Of a DNA stretch of 64,000 bases, positions 25,301 to 37,461 are shown piece by piece. Location: assembly GCA_963514005.1 (NCBI GenBank), contig OY740787.1, forward strand, positions 65,410,001-65,474,000, written 5' to 3'. Source of the DNA: Raja brachyura (lineage: Eukaryota). The translations under genes were made by a program, and so were the position numbers. The notes beneath the pieces are model-generated. The model was not told the origin of the DNA. It saw only the letters and a program-made list of their open reading frames with translations, and made no database searches. The number at the start of each line of letters is the position of its first letter. The first letter of the stretch is position 1.

Positions 25301-25804
25301 GTCCTAGTGTCCTTCTTAAACAAAGGACCAACATTTGCTATTCTCCAGTACTATGGGACCTTGCCTGTGGCTAAAGAGAAATCAAAGATCTCTGTCAAGG
25401 TCTCAGCATTCTCCTCTCTTGCCCCCTTCAACAACCTGGAATTTATGTCCACAAACAGGCCAATGAAATTGTTAAATATACATAAAGGATGCATCCCTCA
25501 CTGGGTGAAGCATGAAGCTGGGCTTTAAACAATATAATTCAGACCCGAGCTTCAAAACTATAAACGATTCCATGTAATTGCAGCTCATTATGGGAAACAT
25601 GTCACTACATTGTTGAGGGTGCAAATGAGATTCACAGGGATGTTGTCTAGACAGGTAAGTTTCAGCAATGAGGAAAAATTGGGACAAAGTAAGATGAAGG
25701 GTGAGATTTGAGATGAATGGAATTAAGTGGCTACTAATGAGAGTAAAGAGGAATGATCTATTTATTTGCAGAGGGGTTGATCAAAGTAATTGGTTAAAGG
25801 ATTA

Positions 25805-26100
25805 ATTTAGTTTAGTGATGCAGCGTAGAAACAGGCCCTTCGGCCCACCAAGTCCACGCTGACCAACAATCACTAGTTCACTGGTTCTATCCTACACACT
25901 AGGGACAATTTACAGAAGTCAAGTAACCTACAAACCTGCACATCTTTGAGATGTGGGAGTAAACCAGAGCAACACGTGGAGAACCAAATAGGTCATGAGG
26001 AGAACGTACAAACTCCACACAAACGGCACCAGAGGTCAGGATTGAACTTGGGCCTCTGGTGCTGTAAGGTAGCAGCTCCATTGCTGCACCACTGTGCCAC
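25805..26100 (-). repeat. HE1-like SINE
   Basis: tttagtttag...aaacaggcccttcggccc...ctgcaccactgtgcc. Confidence 0.8.
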
Positions 26101-26224
26101 CAAAGACTGAGATGGAGACAAAGAAAGAATAGTTCACACTGATGTTTGCAGGGAGCTGGAATTCATTCCCTGATAGGGTGTTTGGATCAGATAACTTCAT
26201 CATATTTAGAAAGTTAGGAGTAGT

Positions 26225-27140
26225 CCAGTGGTGCAGTTAGAGCTGCTGCCTCAAAGTGCCAGGGATCTGGGTTCAATCCTGACTTTGGGTGTCTGTGTGG
26301 AATTTGTATGCTCTCCTTGTGACTACTTAGGCTGCTCTGCTTTCCTTCCACATCGCAAAGGCATGCGGGTTTATAAGTTAATTGGCCTCTATACCACCAG
26401 GAGCGCCACACGGTTGGTAGCCTCGCCAACAGTTTTTTTAGTGTGTTTTAAAAGTTTGTGTAAATGTTTTATGTGGGGGGGGGAAACTTTTTTTTCAGTC
26501 TCTTATCTTGCCGGAGATGCGATCGTTTTCCGGATCGTACTCCGGTCGCTCTGTGGCCTAACATCGATGGAGCTGGAGGCCTCCTCGGACTGACTTTGAG
26601 TTCCTGACAGCAGACTTTACCATCTTGAGCTCGCAGTCTCGGGAGAGGCCGAGTCGGGAGCTCCAATGACGCAGAGGCTCGACCAGCCCCAACCCGGGGT
26701 CCGATCGCCGGCACGGGGGAGCTGACATCTCCCCAATGCAGGACCTGATTGCCCTAATGCGGAGGGCCCAAATGCTGCCGGCTACGGGAGTCAAGATCGT
26801 CTGGTCAACGGAGGGCTCGAAGCCCTCGACTGCGGGAGAGCAAAGAAGGGCAGAGATTTAACTTTTTTTCGCCTTCCATCACAGTGAGGAATGTGGAGGA
26901 GTCACTGTGGTGGATGTTTATGTTAAAATGTATTTTGTGTGTTCTGTTGCTTTTTATTTGTATGGCTGACTTGGCAAATGGAATTCCTCGTACGTTGCAA
27001 AACATAATTCGCTAATAAATTATTATTGTGATTGTGATTAATTGGCCCTAGTGAGTAGGGAGTGGATGAGAAAGTCGGATAACAATGGGTGCTCAATGGT
27101 CGCGTGGACTCGGTGGGCCTGTTTGTTTGCTGTGTTGTTC
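26225..27140 (+). repeat. HE1-like SINE split by an insertion at 26388-27037
   Basis: Head and core 26225-26387; remainder 27038-27140. Confidence 0.7.
26388..27037 (+). mobile_element. GC-rich non-coding retroposon with 10-bp TSD
   Basis: TSD ttaattggcc at 26378-26387 and 27038-27047; AATAAA then (TTGTGA)n tail; no credible ORF. Confidence 0.7.
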
Positions 27141-30100
27141 AATCATCCAATCAAAGTACACAAGCAAGTACTTGAACTGTTGTGACATGCATGAGTGCAG
27201 ATCTAGTGCTGGAAAGAGGGATAAAGCTGGTGACTATTTTGACTAATATGGACATTTTCTACGGCATAATTGACCAAACCATAAGATCATAAGTGATAGG
27301 AGCATAATTAGGCCATTCGTCCATCAAGTTGACTCTGCCATTCAATCATGGCTGATCTATCGCTCCCTCCTAACCCCATTCTCCTGCCTGCTCCCCATAA
27401 CCCACCCATACTATCAAGAAATAATTTGCACAAAGAAAATTAGTTTATTAATTAAGCAATTTGATTTTGTTGAATTTTTGGGGGACAATATATTCTGTAA
27501 TCTGTTTTCTATTTCATAATGTCTTAAAATCTTAAATTAGTTATTTGCAGTATTTAAAATAATTAAGGAATTGATTAAAAATACAATAAACTATTAAAAA
27601 GTAACTATTATATATTTACATAGTAGCAATGACAGTATGAAACATCAGCAATGAATAATTTTTAGTTTGCGGAGTCACCTTTTTATTTTTTAAGTGTTAG
27701 GTACATTTATATTTACTTAAAGGAGTACAATAGAATCCCACTGTGGTTTGAGGTGTATGTTTTAGCGCTATTTGCCTGAATGTATAAATGCTACTTATGG
27801 TTGACGCTATTGCAATGTGAGCAGGACCACAAGTAAAAACTGTGTACAACTTCAGGTAACTAACAGTACATCGATTTTCTAACCAAGAATTGTATTTATA
27901 TTCAGATCACATCTGTCATTGGTCTCTGATTTACATCAACCGTGACATACAGCCAATAGATTATGAAACCCATGTTCACCATCTACTCTTCATGACAAAT
28001 AAAAACTGCTGAAAGTTGTGTTTTTTTATTTCCATGCTCAAAGAAAATCTGATCCAATTTGGTCATCAGCGAGTCCTTGCAATTTTTGGTATTGTGCTAA
28101 CTCACAATAATAATTTTTCCGAGAGAGATTTTGGCTTACATTTTCCAAGGCTGTTTTTCCCTGAGGTTTTTCCACTCAACATCTACAACTGGATGAAAAT
28201 AGCACAAACTGTGATTGTTTTGTTTAACAGGCCATCAATCCTGCTCCATTAGATAATAGTAGATATGAATCTGGTTTTAACAGTTGTGGCAGTGATGGAA
28301 TGGCTTGGTAGATTGCCACAGTTTACAAGCCTCCCTGCTGAAATATAATGAAAGTTACTCGTGAAGAAAGCAGGTCTGTCAGTGATGGCACAAAGATAGA
28401 CAATGCTCCTCTAATTAAAATAAAGCAGTATTAAGCTGCAAAACACTATATGATCAGATCCTTATAACAATAAAATAAAATTAACAAATACATACAGCAC
28501 TGACAATAGTTGAAGACAAGTCTTACAAAAGTTTCAGTCACGTGAACATGACCAAACGCACCGGGCATTTTTACTGATAGCACTTAATTCAGTAATTCTT
28601 AGATAGAATTAGGACCCCTCTGCCTGCCCCCATGCGCCCATGTTCTTTCCTCTGGCTTCATAATTCTTGTCTCTTCTATCCTTATCACACACTTCTTGTC
28701 TCTTCATCTCTAGCCTTTATCCAACTATCTACCTATCACCTCCCCCTCTCACCTGTACCCACCTATCACCATCACTATGTCCTGCCCCTCCTCTCTTACA
28801 GCTTTCTTCTTCCCTCCCCAACACAATCAGTTTCAAGAAGGCTCCCAACCCAAAATATCAACTACCCACATACCCCAGAGATGCTGTCTGACCTGCTGAG
28901 TTCCTCCAGCTCTTTGTATCTTATTTTGTAAACCAACATCTGCAGTTCCTTGTGTCTCCATCGATTCTTATAGACATATATAGTAGTAAATCTTCCTCAG
29001 GCTGTATGCGATGTAGACAGCTGCATGCATGTCACTAAAAGTTAACTTATTTTGGAGGGACACAGAGTATAATGTTCTGGCATATTATTGGCCTATGCTT
29101 CTGCTGACAGCATACTGTGTATACTCCCAGATGGAGGATTTCATTTGTTCACCATCTTCTCAAATTGCTTTCATTTAACTTTTCACATCAAGCCTTGAAT
29201 GAAGTTAGACTGTTTCACTTCAATGAAATGAGACAGCACCCATGCCTTGATATGTTAAGTATTAAGATTAATTGTCAGAGTAGCCAAACCAATATCTAGT
29301 CATCAAAGCCAATTCAGGCATCTTTGAAGGCTTGTTCACTCTATCAGTACCCACATTATTTCTCATCAGACCTTCCTATCAATCACTGGAGAAGCAATAT
29401 CTGCCCTTTTACCTTCTCCCTTACCACCATCCAGAGAGCCAAACAAATTTAATTTGTTCAAGGAAAGACATAAAATGCTGGAGTAAGTCAGCGGAGATGG
29501 CAGCATTCCTTTCAGGTTAGGTCCCTTCTTCAGATTTGCAGTAGGAATCACAGAGGGGGAGCCTGAAGAACTCAGACTGAAGGGTCCCGACCTGACCCGA
29601 CCCAAAATGTCACCTATTCATGTTGTCCACGGACTGTAGGGCATTCCCCAAGGATGCTGCCTGACCTGCTGAGTTATTCCAGCATTTTGTGTCTTTCTTT
29701 GATAAACCAGCAGCTGCGGTTCCTTTATTCGACATTTTGACTGCTCCACTGCAAAATCTCCGCAAAGTATGCCTACCTTGAAAAATGTCTCCTCTTTTCT
29801 CTGACGGGAGTTCTGTGAGACCTTCTCTCACTGCTCCCCCTCTGACATTCCTACCGCCAGTCTCATGAATGGCCCCAACCTGAAACGTCACCTATCCATG
29901 TTCTCCAGTAATGCTGCTTGAGCGGCTGAGTTACTCCAGCATTTTGCGTCTTTTCTTGGTAAACCAATATCTGCAGTTCCTTGTTTCTACTTTATATGCC
30001 CAAATTGGGTATAACAAATATTTTTTAATCTTTCACAGAAACTACAGACTTGTTCATTTTCTCTTGTTTGTGCCACCTATTTATAATAGTCATGACAAAT

Positions 30101-30279
30101 CATTTTAATGGCCCAAAATTTATATTTATATTCTTATACATAAATAAGAAGGAATGTGAAATTGAATGAGAAACGCCATTAAATGTTACACCAGTAAAAA
30201 CATGAGATTAACTCATGTGTATCATAGAATGTAACAGCAATAGAAATGTGCACTAAATGACAAAAATCTCTGTCCAAAT

Positions 30280-30570
30280 ATCTTTAAAATGTTGTTGCAT
30301 CTGCCCGAACTGCTTCCTCTGGTTGCTTGCTCTGTAGACCCACAACTGTGCGAATATGTTGCCCCTTAGATTCCTATCAAATCTTTCCCCACTCACCATA
30401 AACCTATGTCCTCTAGTTCTTATTCCCAAACCCTGTGAAAAAGGTAGTGCATTCCCACTACCTATTCCCTTCATGATTTTATATACCTCTGTAAGGTCAT
30501 TTCTCAGCCTCCTGCATTCAAGGGAATAAATTCCTAACCTATCCATTTTCTCCCTATAGCTCAGGCCCTT
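30280..30570 (-). repeat. CR1 LINE 3' fragment
   Basis: MDRLGIYSLECRRLRNDLTEVYKIMKG...TRGHRF. Confidence 0.85.
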
Positions 30571-30669
30571 GTGGTGCGAGTATTTATTATTTTTAATAAA
30601 GATATTTCTCGTATGTTTTTACACCAACCTTTCAAAATCCTAGGGATCTAGCAGTGCTGTGCTAGTATG

Positions 30670-30944
30670 GCACGGCGGTGCAGCAGTAGAGTTCCTTCCT
30701 TACAGCTCCAGAGACCCGAGTTCAATTCTGATTACAGGTGCTGTCTGTAAGGAGTGCGTACGTTCTCCCCGTGAGTTTTCTCCCACAGTCCAAAGACGTA
30801 CAGGTTGGTAAGTTAATTGGCTTTGGCAAAATTGTAAATTGTCCCTAGTGTGAAGGATAGTGCTGCTGTACAGGGAAAACTGGTCGGCGTAGACTCAGTG
30901 GGCCGAAGGGCCTGTTTCCTCACGGTATCTCTAAACTAAACTAA
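30670..30944 (+). repeat. HE1-like tRNA-derived V-SINE, near full length
   Basis: A/B-box-like head (ggcggtgcagcagtag...gagttcaattc), core cgtacgttctccccgtg, CR1-type tail gggccgaagggcctgtttcc, (TAAAC)n. Confidence 0.82.
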
Positions 30945-32139
30945 TCCTTTAAATACTCAGCTAATCAGACATCGGAGAATGGAACTGTTTGGTTCTAATG
31001 AACATTGTTAAATATTTACTAACATGAGATGTTGTGAGATGTCTAACATCTCATATGGGTCTCATGACCAAATTAAAATTCTCCCACATAGTTTTATGTG
31101 GGAACCCACATAGTTCCCACATTAGTTTCCCACATTGTTTTAATTATTGTTATTATCATTCTGCTGGTGTTAAGGGGTTTGATACCTTGGGAAATGTCAC
31201 ACTTTTTTTTAACTCACTGCAACCAAATGGCCACTGTCTTGTTTTTAATTTATTTGCCCCCTGAGACTTTGAGCTGTCCTAAAATTATGGAATTCCACTG
31301 TGAATGAGAGACCACTTTGCAACTCTCTTTCATAATGTCAGTAATATCTGGTTTTAAAGAGTACCTCACAGTTTAATTGTCAGGGACACCTCTCTTAACA
31401 ATTCTCCATTCACAATTCTGTGATCAAACAAAACACTGAAGAACAATCTGCAAGTTATGCCGTAATCAATTCTCTTCACATTCAGAGAAAACTTCACAGG
31501 CCATTAACTATGCTTGTGTGTGGCCTGTTCAAATTGAAAACACTGTCCAGTGTTCTGATCTGGAATTATTATTTTTAACCCCATTCTCTTCTTGTGATAA
31601 TCGGTTGCTCATGTAAAGTTGTCTTTTTCTATTGTGCTTCAGAGGTTTGGCTGCACGCCATCAGCGACAAGAAATAATGGAAACATGGTTATCGAAAGAA
31701 CAGGATTGGTGACTAACTGTGCAATTTGTCACATCATGGGATAGCATATAAAAGGAATACGGTGAGTGATTGGAGCTAATGGTAGTTCCGTGTTTTTACT
31801 TCGGAGTCACATGAAGAAGAAGGCCGTCCCCACGCATGCGCGTCATGACGTCTGACGGGTTGCGCACGGACTGACTGGTGGCCGCGCGGCTCCTGCCAGC
31901 GGTAAGTTTTTGACCTTAGAAGGTAAGTTTTTAACTTATTTCTAGGGGTGTTTTATGCATTGCAGGATTGCCTGCTGAATTTGGGGCGAAGTTGGACGGG
32001 CCACGGGAAACCGGTTATGGACCGTGGGGAAAACCCGGTCCGGACCGTGGAAACGCGAGTAGCCGGCGGCAGTCCCTGGCCGCTGACAAGGATGTCAGTG
32101 ACACCCAGGAGGGTAATGCGAGTGGGGGTTCTCCCAGTA

Positions 32140-32727
32140 TGGGCTCCCAGACCGCTATGGTCCCCCAGAGAACGGCTTAGACTGGCAGTCTAAGTCACTG
32201 TTAACCCAGTCACTTTTAATGGGGTTAGCAGCTCCCACATCGCATGGTTCCCCCAGAGTATGGGAGAGTATGGGTTAGACTGGCAGTCAGCCGGTCTTGC
32301 AACCCCAGCCATTCACTATGGGGTCTACAGTTCCTACACCGTTATGGTCCTCCAGGAAAAGGGGTTAGACTGGCAGCAAGCAGGTCTTGCAACCCCAGCC
32401 ATTCACTATGGGGTCTGTAGCTCCCACACCATTATGGTTGTCAGAAATAGGGGTTAGACTGGCAGCAAGCCGGTCTAGCTACCCCAGTCTCGGACAATGG
32501 GGTCAGCAACCCCCAGACCGCTTAGGTCTTCCTAGAGAAAGCGGTCAGACTGGCAGTAAGCTGGTCACGCTAATGCAGTCGCTCACAATGGGGTCAGCAG
32601 CTCCCAGACCGCTTAGGTCTTCCTAAACAAGGGGAAAACTGGGAGTAAGCTGGTCTCGAGACCCAGTCACTAACTATGGGGTCAGCAACTCACAGACCGC
32701 TATCGTTCCCCAGGAAAGGGGTTAAAC
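32140..32727 (+). repeat. Tandem array of ~6.5 units of ~90 bp inside DIRS copy B
   Basis: Anchor ttagactggcag and variants recur at 32177, 32275, 32365, 32454, 32545, ~32635 and ~32721. Confidence 0.85.
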
Positions 32728-34337
32728 CACGAGGAAGCCGGTCAGGCCTTAGGACTCGGTCGAGCCGGGCCAGGAGGTTTCCTCCTCCTTCTATGGTTAG
32801 CGTCCGTGAACGCCTAAAACCTACCTGGAGCACCTGATGAAGGTTGCTCCAGAGAGATATGCTCCAGAAGAGAGCTATCTGAGCCCGGGTATTATGAAAA
32901 ACCCGCTGGCAGCCGACCTGTTAGGGCTGCACAATGTCTCCCTCTCTGAGGAGGGGAGCATCCGGGGTCAGTTTCGCTCTGGCCCAGAGTCATATTCTGA
33001 TATGGGTCCGAGGGGCAATGTCAGCGCAGGTATCTTCAGGGGCCTGCGGCAGCATCTGTCTCGGGCTATCTACGAGTCTCCCTCTCGGTGGAGGGGAGTG
33101 CGCGGACATACTCGCAAGGGAAGAGGCAAAAAACCCGGCAGGGGCCAGATTCCCTCACGCTGCAAGTGCCGGCAGTGCACAGAGCTATCAAATGAAACCA
33201 TCGTATCGGCGATGACACCCCCATGTCTCAACAGCAGTAAGCAGTTCACTGAAGTTGATGGGCGCTTGAAAGCTGGGCCAAGCTGGTCTCAGGAAGGAAA
33301 TCAAGGATGGGGATGGAACCCACGTCAGGGGCCTTTGGGCTTACCATAAGACCACCGGTAACCATGGAGGTAGGTAGCTCCAGTTCGTTCGAAACGTGGG
33401 GTAAGTGGACCATTTACAAGTTGGTAATATTTACATTTGTTTTGTACAAATGAAAATGATAACATGTGATGGGTAATTATTAGAGTTGTCTTTCGAGGCA
33501 GACTCAGTATTACAGCCAGAGCAGTTTTAAGGCAGGCCAGTAGTAAGGCCAGAGCTGCATTCAAGGCAGGCACGGAACGATGGCAGGCGTGGCTCGTTCC
33601 TTGTGAAAGATGGAGAGATGTCGGTTCATATTTCATTTACTCCCATGTGCAACATAGCTTTTCAGTATATGGAATTTCTCTACTGTTTAATTACTTATTT
33701 CCTTAGGATCATTATGGCATGCATCAAGATCATAGATGCATACTGTTTAGGACCCATTCACTGGAGATCACCAGAGACATTTCAAATTGATCTGGAGGAT
33801 ATTTCTTACACTGTGTTTTTGCTTAAATTAACCGTTTCAGCCATCCAATCAAATTTAAGTTGATACCAACTGGAAGTTGTTGTTTATCGGCTTTACCCTT
33901 AACTATTAATTACCTGTGATTCCGCCCTGGGGCAACAAATTGGAATCAATTGAAGCCTGTAACAACCTTGTTATCAAGCAGTCTTCTATTTATCAAAAGT
34001 AATTGGCTATAGCAACTGTGTTTCAGCTGTGCAATTGGGTCTTGCATTATTAGAACTTTCGACGTGCAAGTATTAACCTCTCAAGTGCCATATAGGTCAT
34101 TGTTAACAGACCTATGCTATTTTACTTCGGAGTCACGTGAGTGACTACGTGAAGAAGCCCCGCCTGGCGCTGGATCGGCATTATGTCGACGCTATCGGCA
34201 GAGAAAGAGCTGCAGAGCGCAGCTCCACACAGCGGTAAGGAACCGGCCCGCAGGTAAGAGAGTTTTCGAAATTTAGGGCGAGGTTCCAGAACTCTGTAGC
34301 CTGGTGGGTAAACCAGGAGGAGTTAGCAAAAAACAAA

Positions 34338-35543
34338 ATGGAGAAGGCCAAAAAACAGCGGGTAAAACGTGCATCCCGGGGTGATGAGTCGGGACAAGAG
34401 TTTATTGCGGAGCCGGTTCCGATACCGGTCGCCGTTGAAATACCCGTTAGTGAGGCTTTGATTGCTCCACAAACAGAAACTTTGGAGGAAAACCCAGTGC
34501 CTAAAAAATGTAAAAGAAAATCTGAAAGGCCAGTGGGTTCTGATGAATCTGATTCAGAAGGTCCAGAAAGAAAAGCCTTATGGCTCAGAATGGACCAAAT
34601 GGAGAAAATGCTCCAAACTATTATCAACCAAGGGTCTAAGAACCCAGAATATTCCCAGGCAGCCCCTGAGGGGGTTCCATATCAAGAATATGGTGCCAGT
34701 TTGAATTGGGAATTTGAAACTCCAGTGCCTGGGATTGGACTGGAGGAAGTCTCCTTTGAACAAGTTTCAGGAGTACCAGGGCTGTATGAGACAGACCCTG
34801 AAAGTGGTGATTGCGGTCCGGAGTACACACCACAATACAATTATATGGATCCAGGTGTGCCTGATGTGGCACAAAGTTTTGCTGGAGGAGGCGGTGAGGC
34901 CATGGAAGATAACCTGGTGGCCAATATTAATTATATGGTCTCTCACCCGCTTCAAGAAGCTGTTATGGTTGAGACAGCAGAAATGTATAAAACACCTATC
35001 AATTGTGCCTCATTGAAGGTACCTACGGTGAATCAGGCTGTTTGGGCGCCAATGTCATCGATAATGCGGGCGCAGGAGATTCGATTTCAAAGAGTCCTCA
35101 AGCTGATTTCAGCTGGCATTACTGCATTTGGTAGACAAGTGGAAGGTTGTGGAATGACCAAAGTGCAGAAACATATGTTGGCCTTATTTTGCAACTCATT
35201 TTTTGAGATAAATTGCATGAGGAAGATTGCCATTCGGCCTCTGTTACATCCAAGATTTGCAGGGTTGTGTAAACCAAGCAATGTTCAAACTCCTGGTTAT
35301 TTTTTCGGAGAGGATTTGTCTAAGCAAATTAAAGAAATGGATGAAGAGGCAAAGACTTTTGGTCGTATGAAACTCTTCAGCTTTGGCCAGAGATGGACTG
35401 GCTATATGAAAAAGGGATTTGATTTTGGAGCTGGTACAAGCCGAGGCAGGAGTATGATAAGGAAAAATTTCCAGCCAACAGCCGAATGTACGCCCATTCA
35501 TTGGGAAAAGGAGATCATTTCGTCCAGTTGGAGAGGTACATAA
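34338..35543 (+). CDS. DIRS ORF1 (gag-like)
   Basis: 401-aa ORF in gag position; PINCASLKVPTVNQAVW and FFGEDL resemble DIRS ORF1 motifs; the tail may be frameshifted. Confidence 0.8.
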   Translation: MEKAKKQRVKRASRGDESGQEFIAEPVPIPVAVEIPVSEALIAPQTETLEENPVPKKCKRKSERPVGSDESDSEGPERKALWLRMDQMEKMLQTIINQGSKNPEYSQAAPEGVPYQEYGASLNWEFETPVPGIGLEEVSFEQVSGVPGLYETDPESGDCGPEYTPQYNYMDPGVPDVAQSFAGGGGEAMEDNLVANINYMVSHPLQEAVMVETAEMYKTPINCASLKVPTVNQAVWAPMSSIMRAQEIRFQRVLKLISAGITAFGRQVEGCGMTKVQKHMLALFCNSFFEINCMRKIAIRPLLHPRFAGLCKPSNVQTPGYFFGEDLSKQIKEMDEEAKTFGRMKLFSFGQRWTGYMKKGFDFGAGTSRGRSMIRKNFQPTAECTPIHWEKEIISSSWRGT

Positions 35544-35601
35544 ACATTATCCTATTAAAGAGGAATGTTGGGATGAGCCACAGATTGGTGGTAGACTCCA
35601 A

Positions 35602-37461
35602 ATGTTTTATAAGGAATGGGACAATATAACAGTTGATCGTGTGGTATTAGACACTGTGCTAGGATCTACCATTGATTTTGTGGAAGGTATGGTTCCATTG
35701 GGACAGAATGAGCCTAGTCATTCTTTGATGTTCTCAGAGCTTGAGAAAATTCAAATTGACAAAGAGATTAAGAATTTGAGTAAAAAAGGAGTTATTGAGA
35801 AAACAGGAGAGGATCCACAACAATTTGTATCAAACATTTTCCCCAGACCAAAGAAAGATGGGGGTTGTAGGATCATTTTAGATCTCACACTTTTGAATAC
35901 ATTTGTCCAGTATAAACATTTTAAAATGGACACATTCTACACTGCAATGCAGTTGGTATCAACAGGCTGTTATATGGCTACAATAGATTTGAAGGATGCA
36001 TATTATTCGGTCCCAATTCATCATAGTTTTCGCAGGTATTTAAAGTTTAAATGGATGGGACAGCTGTGGCAATACAAAGCTTTGCCTAATGGATTAAGTT
36101 CAGCACCTAGATTGTTCACTAAATTGTTAAAGCCAGCACTTGCACTGCTAAGGGCACAAAAACACATCGTTATGGCTTACCTTGATGACATTTTAAATGT
36201 CAATGCTAATCAGGAATCAGCTGAAAATTCAGTTTCAGCAACTATTAGCTTGTTTGAGAAGTTGGGTTTCCTGATCCATCCAACAAAATCTAAGTTACAG
36301 CCATCCCAAACCATTGAATATCTGGGGTTTGTGATTAACTCAGTTACCATGTTGATAACTTTACCAATGGATAAGGTGTTAGATTTGACAAATGTGTGTC
36401 AAAACCTGATTAACAAACCTTATCCCTCCATCCGAGAGGTTGCCAAGGGTATTGGTAAATTGGTAGCAGCATTTCCAGCAGTAGAGTTCGGTCGTCTACA
36501 TTACCAAAATCTTCAAAGGGCAAAAACTAAAGCACTAATTCAGCGAGCAGGCCATTTTGATAGGCCAATGCAATTGCCTAAGGAAGCTTTATCAGAATTA
36601 CATTGGTGGATTGAGAATGTTCCACAAGCTGCTAAGAACATTTTAGTTCATCAGCCAGTCGTGTTTTTACAAACCGACGCAAGTTCTCTCGGATGGGGGG
36701 CTACGGACAATGAGACCAGCTGTGGAGGCAGATGGGCTGTCCAAGAGGATTTGTTGCTCCAAACATATGGTATTAATTATTTGGAGCTACTGGGAGCATT
36801 TTATGGATTAAAAGCTTATTGCTCTTCATTAAAGGATTTGCATGTCCAAGTACAAATAGATAATACCACAGCTGTGGCATATATCAATCACATGGGTGGT
36901 GTCATATCAATATCATGTGATCATCTGGTAAACCAGATATGGCAATGGTGTATGGCAAAAAATATTTGGCTTTCAGCTATTTATCTCCCGGGGAGAGACA
37001 ATGTTGTGGCAGACAAAAGATCACGAAGATTTAAAGACAATACAGAATGGATGTTAAATCCACAAATTTTCAAAAATATTGTCAGTCGTTATGGAGTACC
37101 GGACATTGATCTGTTTGCATCTAGATTGAATCACCAATTGCCGAAATACGTGTCTTGGGAACACGATCCAGGGGCAGTAGCGGTGGATGCTTTCTCGCTA
37201 CACTGGGGGAATACGTTCTTTTATGCTTTTCCCCCATTCTGTCTCATTGGGCAATGTCTCAAGAAAATAGCGCAAGACGCTGCCAAAGGCATTTTGGTGG
37301 TGCCAAATTGGCCCACGCAGTCATGGTTCCCATTGATGCTAAAAATAATTATTGAACCATGTATGACAATTCCCAGTTGCGACAATCTGTTGACACAACC
37401 AGTAACAAAAGAAATTCATCCATTGCATGATCATATGAATTTGTTAATCTGCAGGTTCTGA
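35602..37461 (+). CDS. DIRS ORF2: reverse transcriptase + RNase H + methyltransferase-like domain
   Basis: IDLKDAYY, YKALPNGLSSAP, YLDD, YLGF, LQTDAS, LELLG, IDNTTA, DLFAS, YAFPPF; frame open from 35461. Confidence 0.95.
   Translation: MFYKEWDNITVDRVVLDTVLGSTIDFVEGMVPLGQNEPSHSLMFSELEKIQIDKEIKNLSKKGVIEKTGEDPQQFVSNIFPRPKKDGGCRIILDLTLLNTFVQYKHFKMDTFYTAMQLVSTGCYMATIDLKDAYYSVPIHHSFRRYLKFKWMGQLWQYKALPNGLSSAPRLFTKLLKPALALLRAQKHIVMAYLDDILNVNANQESAENSVSATISLFEKLGFLIHPTKSKLQPSQTIEYLGFVINSVTMLITLPMDKVLDLTNVCQNLINKPYPSIREVAKGIGKLVAAFPAVEFGRLHYQNLQRAKTKALIQRAGHFDRPMQLPKEALSELHWWIENVPQAAKNILVHQPVVFLQTDASSLGWGATDNETSCGGRWAVQEDLLLQTYGINYLELLGAFYGLKAYCSSLKDLHVQVQIDNTTAVAYINHMGGVISISCDHLVNQIWQWCMAKNIWLSAIYLPGRDNVVADKRSRRFKDNTEWMLNPQIFKNIVSRYGVPDIDLFASRLNHQLPKYVSWEHDPGAVAVDAFSLHWGNTFFYAFPPFCLIGQCLKKIAQDAAKGILVVPNWPTQSWFPLMLKIIIEPCMTIPSCDNLLTQPVTKEIHPLHDHMNLLICRF

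Noticed and set aside
26500-26535. U1 snRNA-like or HDV-ribozyme-like motif in the GC-rich retroposon
   Set aside because: Similarity is only a few bases and I could not build the required pairings.
22590-26910. CACAGTG/CACTGTG heptamers resembling V(D)J recombination signals
   Set aside because: No nonamer at 12/23 spacing and no Ig/TCR segments; they are stems of a retroposon hairpin.
3600-31700. MYO3B coding exons expected by synteny
   Set aside because: No kinase N-terminal motif (GKGTYGKV) was seen on the minus strand by eye.
32140-32727. CRISPR-like array next to an RT/recombinase
   Set aside because: Whole units repeat with no unique spacers, the context is a vertebrate DIRS element, and there are no cas genes.
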